Assembly (NCBI GenBank): GCA_050293845.1
Contig: JBNKNM010000002.1
Span: 1-64,000 of the forward strand
Source of the DNA: Pseudobacteriovorax sp.
GTDB taxonomy: Bacteria; Bdellovibrionota_B; Oligoflexia; Oligoflexales; Oligoflexaceae
DNA: 64,000 bases
Reading direction: 5' to 3'
Below the pieces are notes generated by a model, which saw only the letters and a program-made list of their open reading frames with translations, made no database searches and was not told the DNA's origin. This document shows, piece after piece, positions 58,832 through 64,000 of the stretch (within the stretch, counting starts at the first letter, position 1; each line of letters opens with the position of its first letter). Both the position numbers and the translations under genes were made by a program.

Positions 58832-58852
58832 GAAAACAAACTGTTTGTTTTC
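58832..58852. promoter_or_regulatory. Perfect palindrome, candidate repressor operator
   Basis: GAAAACAAAC-T-GTTTGTTTTC in the divergent intergenic region. Confidence 0.6.
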
Positions 58853-58905
58853 GCAGCAAGAGGTGCTATCAGTAGGGGGCAATTCAACTCGATACGGTCA
58901 TAATT

Positions 58906-59472
58906 ATGGAAAAATTTTCTCGTAAAGACTTCTTACGAATTTCTAGCAGTGCTTTAGCTTTAAGCCAACTTTGGAGCCTTTCAGGTTGCACCAGGCAGGC
59001 AGCAATAGGAAATCATTTAAAGAACTTTGATTCCCAGGACACAGCGTTACTTGAGAATATCTGGCGTGCTTATGTGGGCGGTGAAGCCGCTGTGGCGCGA
59101 TATGGTGAGAAGGGGCTGAAAAAGATTTTTCAGGAATGCACCAGCTCCTTGGACGGCATGTTAGAGTCGTTTAAGATGGATGCGCCCTATCTTACTGATG
59201 ATTTCTTACTGGCTCTCAAACTGATCGACTACGGACCGATCATACTTGGTTGGTACGGTAAAACCTTCGGGTCTTTGAGCTTGTCCCAACAACAGCAAGT
59301 CTTGCAAGATTGGCTCGACTCTTCGTTAAAGCCTTTGCGAGACGTCTCTTATGGGCTTAAAGGTCTATTCACATTACTATATTACGAGCACCCCCAGGTG
59401 AGACAGCTCATTGGATTCGATAAACCATGGGTATTGCGAGACAGGGTACAGGGAGCGAGGCAGGGAATATGA
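58906..59472 (+). CDS. Tat-signal lipoprotein, gluconate 2-dehydrogenase subunit-3-like partner
   Basis: SRKDFLR Tat-like motif, lipobox LSGC, F..L...QQ..VL..W..S, LK.L..L.YY. Confidence 0.8.
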   Translation: MEKFSRKDFLRISSSALALSQLWSLSGCTRQAAIGNHLKNFDSQDTALLENIWRAYVGGEAAVARYGEKGLKKIFQECTSSLDGMLESFKMDAPYLTDDFLLALKLIDYGPIILGWYGKTFGSLSLSQQQQVLQDWLDSSLKPLRDVSYGLKGLFTLLYYEHPQVRQLIGFDKPWVLRDRVQGARQGI

Positions 59473-61049
59473 ATCCAATTGATTTCAACCTATCACAGGT
59501 TGCAGCCATGGACTATAGCAAACATGTGGTACAGTTTAAGGATGTCAATGGTCCCATTGAAGATGAAGCCGATGTCGTCGTCATCGGTACCGGTGCTGGT
59601 GGTGCCGCTTGTGCTGATGCACTGGTAGCATCTGGTTTGAAAGTCATTGCTGTGGAAGCCGGTGGTTATTACCCCCTTAAGTATTTGAATCAAAATCTCT
59701 TGGACATGATGTCCTTGCTGAGTTGGCAAATGGGAAATGCTGGAAGTAAAGATGGCTCCCTCAGGATGGTCCATGGTAAGTGTGTAGGTGGTAGCACCTT
59801 GCTTCATATGCTGACTATGACTGCTATCCCGGATGATGTCTTAGGGCGCTGGCAGAAAAAATACGGATTGACCAAATTGAATCGCCAGCGACTTACTCCC
59901 ATTGAATCGCAATTGCGTAAAAAAATGAATATCAAGGAAATCCCTGCCGAACGCATTAATGATAATGCTAAGCGATGGATAGCTGGTTGTGAAAAGCTTG
60001 GCGTTTACTGGAAAGCCAATGAGCGCAACGCCGGTAATTGTATCGAGGCAGGAAAGTGCCACACGGGCTGTCCTTTTGGTGGTAAGCTAAGCATGGATAC
60101 CGCTATTATCCCTAATGCCTTAAATCATGGCTTGAAATTATACACCGATTGTAAAGTGGATCGCATCATCACCAGCGATGGAAAGGCTACCGGAGTTGCA
60201 GGTACTTTTAGGAACCGTACTGACGGCAAAGTCGTGGGAACTTTAACCTTGAAGGCTAAAAAGATTGTCGTCGCTGCAGGGACCATCCAAACGCCTGCCT
60301 TATTGTTGCGCTCAGATCTGCAAAATAAGTTTGGTACTATCGGAGCTAGCCTTCATGCTCAGCCAGCTATCAATATTTTAGGTGAGTTCAATGATGAAAT
60401 TCACGGTTGGCGTGGTATCACAAACCCGCTTCATATCGACGAGTGGGCTCCTCTTGAAAAAGGTGGCTTTTTTTGTGAGCCAGGGTTATTGGAGCCTTCT
60501 ATATATGGTGAATCCATCCCGTTTATGGGAGCAGAACATGAATCCATCATGTCTCGCTACAAATACATGGCTGGTGGTCAGGTTTTACTAAATGACGATG
60601 GTACTGGCGGTACTATTGGTATTGACGGTGATGGTAATCCTGAAGTTCAATACGAACTTAGCGAAAACGACAAACAGCGCATGCGTGTAGCCTTAAAAAA
60701 GATGGGGGAAATCCTTTTTGCTGCTGGGGCTAAAGCCGTCTACTTATCTCACCGTATCCCCTTGCATTTAAACTCGGTAAAAGACTTGGCAAAACTGGAT
60801 GATATTCCCCTGGGTCCCAATGATGCCCATCTCGAAACAGTGCATGCCCAGGGTAGCTGTAAAATGAGCTTAAATCCTAAAGATGGTGTCGTGGATGAAA
60901 AGGGTGAACTCCACAATGTCAAAGACCTATACCTCGCTGACTGTAGTATTTTCCCGGATGGAGTTGGTACCAATACGACTATACCTGGAGCGACCATGGG
61001 GATCTATGTAGCTGAGGAGGTGATCAGCTCGTTTCCTGAGTCTCATTAA
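59469..61049 (+). CDS. GMC family flavoprotein oxidoreductase
   Basis: DVVVIGTGAGG, G.CVGGST, C...G.C..GC, AAG.IQTP.LL, H..GSC.M, D.SIFP; start at the ATGA overlap. Confidence 0.93.
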   Translation: MNPIDFNLSQVAAMDYSKHVVQFKDVNGPIEDEADVVVIGTGAGGAACADALVASGLKVIAVEAGGYYPLKYLNQNLLDMMSLLSWQMGNAGSKDGSLRMVHGKCVGGSTLLHMLTMTAIPDDVLGRWQKKYGLTKLNRQRLTPIESQLRKKMNIKEIPAERINDNAKRWIAGCEKLGVYWKANERNAGNCIEAGKCHTGCPFGGKLSMDTAIIPNALNHGLKLYTDCKVDRIITSDGKATGVAGTFRNRTDGKVVGTLTLKAKKIVVAAGTIQTPALLLRSDLQNKFGTIGASLHAQPAINILGEFNDEIHGWRGITNPLHIDEWAPLEKGGFFCEPGLLEPSIYGESIPFMGAEHESIMSRYKYMAGGQVLLNDDGTGGTIGIDGDGNPEVQYELSENDKQRMRVALKKMGEILFAAGAKAVYLSHRIPLHLNSVKDLAKLDDIPLGPNDAHLETVHAQGSCKMSLNPKDGVVDEKGELHNVKDLYLADCSIFPDGVGTNTTIPGATMGIYVAEEVISSFPESH

Positions 61050-61117
61050 GATATACCCGCTTAATGATCTCCCGAACTCATGAAGTTCTAGATGGTACAA
61101 AACTTTGCTGCGAATCT

Positions 61118-61146
61118 AAGACTGCTCTTGATAGAGCAGTCTTTTT
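61118..61146. terminator. Probable (possibly bidirectional) intrinsic terminator between GMC and pyc
   Basis: AAGACTGCTC-TTGATA-GAGCAGTCTT followed by TTT. Confidence 0.7.
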
Positions 61147-61154
61147 CACATTGG

Positions 61155-64000
61155 CTATTGAATTTCTGCTAGAAGATCCCCTTCTTCAACCTGATCTCCT
61201 TGCTGTACCAATAACCGACTGATTTCCCCGGATTCGCGAGCTGTAATCACATATTCCATTTTCATAGCCTCCATTACAATAACAGCTTCTCCCTTAGCAA
61301 CCTTATCGGTTGAGCTTTTTTTGATATCTAAGATTTTACCCGGCATCGGTGCTGCAATATGGAGGGAATTATGGGGATCGCACTTCTCGCGTTTTTTACT
61401 CTCTGTTGCAACGGAGCTGTCTTCCACTTCCAAAGCACGTGGGAAGCCATTCAATTGAAAAAATAACCGTCTGATACCATGATTATCTGGGGGAGCCATT
61501 CCCGAAAGGCTTATATATAGAGTCTTTCCAGGTTCAATTTCTATGGCAATTTCTTTGTTTGGCTCGATACCATAGAAAAAAATGTCTGTAGGAACACGTT
61601 CTATAGAGCCATATTCTTGAAGGTGGTTAACATAATTCAACCATACCTTGGGGTACAGACGGTAGGAAATGGCATCACGATCGGAGATGGTATGGCCCAA
61701 TTTTTTTTCCAGGATTTCCTTGACTTCCGCCAGGCTATCTTCAGCTTTAGTAACAGCATTATCTGTATTTTGATAAGATGCTAATACTAGGGATCTGATC
61801 TCTTCGTTAAAACCACCATAGGGTACACCCATTTCCCCTTTGAAAAAGCTGGTAACCGAGTCGGGGTAGTCTAGTCTTGGCTTAGTTTTCAGATACTCGC
61901 CACCTGTTAGTCCATTTTTTTGCAGCAGCAAAGCCATATCCCCTACAACCTTAGAAGATGGCGTGACTTTTATGATATCACCAAAAATTTCATTTACTTC
62001 ACGGTAGCGTTTGGTAAGCTCATAGAATTCCCCTTCGGAAACTCCGACTTTACGCGCTTGATCGTAAAGATTGGAGTACTGACCACCAGGGATCTCATGA
62101 CGGTAGACGTCTGTTGATGTGGCTTTCAGTCCGGGATCGAAACAGATATATTTTTTTCTAATATTAGCCCAATAGCGACTAACTTCATCAAGCTTTTCCA
62201 AAGGTACATCGGGACTCCGCTCTTGTCCTTCCAGAGAAGCGATAACGGCGTTCAAACTGGGCTGAGAGGTGAGGCCAGACATGGAGCTCACCGCTCCATC
62301 AACGATGTCGCATCCCACCTCACTAGCGGCAAGAAGTGTCGCCTCCGAAGACCCTGATGTAGCATGGGTATGTAAGTGAATAGGTATGGCAATGTGCTGT
62401 TTAAGTTCTTTAATTAGCTTTTTTGCTGCTTGGGGTCGGAGAAGTCCAGCCATATCCTTGATGCATAAAATATCGCTGCCCATGGATTCTAGTTGTTTAG
62501 CGAGCTTGATGTAGTATTGAAGATCGTATTTACTTTTTTGAGGATCGAGAATATTGCCAGTGTAACAAACACAGGCTTCAGCAATTTTGCCGTGTTTTTT
62601 AACCTCTTCGATGGCTAAAGCCATCTGGCTGGGATTATTAAGACAGTCGAATATGCGAAAGAGATCCAGACCTGTCTCACAGGTGAGGCGTATAAACTCC
62701 TGGATGACCCACTTGGGATAATTGGTGTATCCGACTGCATTGTTACCACGAAGCAACATCTGCAGTAAAGTATTAGGAATTTCTTCCCGAATCCTTGCTA
62801 ATCTCTCCCAAGGATCTTCTTTGAGGAAGCGCAGGCAGGTATCGAAGGTGGCACCGCCCCACATTTCCAAGGAAAAAAATTGATCTAAATGGTTGCGGTA
62901 ATAGCTGGTGGACTGAAAAATATCATAGTTTCTTAACCTAGTTGCAAAAAGGGATTGATGGGCATCCCTCATGGTGGTGTCTGTTAGTAAAAGCTGCCTT
63001 TGGTTTAAGATCCACTGCTTAAGTCCTTCAACACCGCTTGCTTCGAAAACTTTTTTGGCGGAATGATTGGTAGGCGCTGTCGGGGGCTGCTGAGGAAGGT
63101 CATATCCAATATTATCCCGTTTAATGTTCTTATCGCTGAGATTATGAGGATTGTTCACAGTTACGTTGGCAATGTATTTTAACAGCCGGGTTGCCCGGTC
63201 CTGGGGTTGGGGAAATTTAAACAGCTCGGGTTCCGAAGCTAAAAAACTAGTATCAATGTCGGCTTCAAGAAATTTTTTATGGGACAGAATGTTGATCAGT
63301 AATGGAATATTATGCTTAACACCACGGATGCGAAACTCTTTGAGTGCGCGGGCCATTTTTCGAGAGGCACCATACAAGTCGAGACTATGGGCGGTAACCT
63401 TTACAAGAAGGGAATCGTAGTATGGTGTGACCAGGCCTCCTGAAGTTCCCAGACCTTCATCGAGCCGGATGCCAAACCCTTGTGCCGGTCGGTAGGCAAG
63501 TATGACCCCGGTATCGGGAGCAAAATCCTGCTGCGGATTTTCCGTTGTAATCCGACACTGGATGGCAACACCTCGTGGTTTTACATCGGACTGGCTATGG
63601 ACGCCGATGGAAGGGTGACTCATCTCACGTCCGGCAGCAAGCATAATAGACATATGAACAAGGTCAAGACCGGTGATAACCTCGGTCACGGTATGCTCGA
63701 CTTGTATGCGGGGATTGACTTCAAGAAAGTATGCTTCCCCTTCGCTGTCCACAAGGTATTCCACAGTACCGATGCCGACATACGAGGTGCTTTTTGCAAT
63801 CTTGAGGGAGTAGGCAAGTATATTGTTCCGGGTTTCTTCAGAAATTCCCAGGGCCGGAGCAATTTCAACAACTTTTTGATGGCGTCGCTGAATGGAACAG
63901 TCTCGTTCGTAAAGGTGGATGACGTGTCCGGTACAGTCACCGGCTATTTGCACTTCAATATGACGTGGTTTGGGGATGTTCTTTTCCAAGTATACATCAG
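61155..64000 (-). CDS. pyc: Pyruvate carboxylase (N-terminus beyond window)
   Basis: RDCSIQRRHQKV, EVNPRIQVEH, DTTMRDAHQS, IKDMAG, HLHTH, biotin motif EAMKME; frame open to the window edge. Confidence 0.97.
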   Translation of the reverse strand, partial: DVYLEKNIPKPRHIEVQIAGDCTGHVIHLYERDCSIQRRHQKVVEIAPALGISEETRNNILAYSLKIAKSTSYVGIGTVEYLVDSEGEAYFLEVNPRIQVEHTVTEVITGLDLVHMSIMLAAGREMSHPSIGVHSQSDVKPRGVAIQCRITTENPQQDFAPDTGVILAYRPAQGFGIRLDEGLGTSGGLVTPYYDSLLVKVTAHSLDLYGASRKMARALKEFRIRGVKHNIPLLINILSHKKFLEADIDTSFLASEPELFKFPQPQDRATRLLKYIANVTVNNPHNLSDKNIKRDNIGYDLPQQPPTAPTNHSAKKVFEASGVEGLKQWILNQRQLLLTDTTMRDAHQSLFATRLRNYDIFQSTSYYRNHLDQFFSLEMWGGATFDTCLRFLKEDPWERLARIREEIPNTLLQMLLRGNNAVGYTNYPKWVIQEFIRLTCETGLDLFRIFDCLNNPSQMALAIEEVKKHGKIAEACVCYTGNILDPQKSKYDLQYYIKLAKQLESMGSDILCIKDMAGLLRPQAAKKLIKELKQHIAIPIHLHTHATSGSSEATLLAASEVGCDIVDGAVSSMSGLTSQPSLNAVIASLEGQERSPDVPLEKLDEVSRYWANIRKKYICFDPGLKATSTDVYRHEIPGGQYSNLYDQARKVGVSEGEFYELTKRYREVNEIFGDIIKVTPSSKVVGDMALLLQKNGLTGGEYLKTKPRLDYPDSVTSFFKGEMGVPYGGFNEEIRSLVLASYQNTDNAVTKAEDSLAEVKEILEKKLGHTISDRDAISYRLYPKVWLNYVNHLQEYGSIERVPTDIFFYGIEPNKEIAIEIEPGKTLYISLSGMAPPDNHGIRRLFFQLNGFPRALEVEDSSVATESKKREKCDPHNSLHIAAPMPGKILDIKKSSTDKVAKGEAVIVMEAMKMEYVITARESGEISRLLVQQGDQVEEGDLLAEIQ

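Overview
A 64-kb, moderately AT-rich, gene-dense stretch of bacterial chromosome that is mostly core housekeeping. Gene content (pilB-pilT-pilC, a Gld-like ABC system with DUF4340, a FliA-like promoter, many orphan lipoproteins) suggests Bdellovibrionota/Oligoflexia or a related deltaproteobacterium-like lineage; this placement is inference. Recognised genes: lon, def, rpe, hutH, a rhomboid protease, gltA, scpA-meaB, rplS, rnhB, yraN, cyoE, map, yacG (missed by the ORF track), holA, ppk1-ppx, ribF, aroE, queG, secG flanked by tRNA-Phe and tRNA-Leu, pduO, ihfA, gpsA, a GMC oxidoreductase module and a partial pyruvate carboxylase. The most unusual signals: (1) a ~400-bp eroded IscB (IS200/IS605, OMEGA-type) remnant whose terminal hairpin abuts the ATGAA start of methylmalonyl-CoA mutase and appears to supply its Shine-Dalgarno; (2) a three-gene membrane operon resembling highly degenerate complex I subunits (clearly NuoN-like, possibly NuoA- and NuoH-like) with no redox subunits; (3) a split NfuA-like pair appended to the mutase operon; (4) several intact paralogues lacking catalytic or ligand residues. 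No CRISPR array, rRNA, prophage or intact transposase was seen. All assignments come from motif recognition by eye, without database searches.
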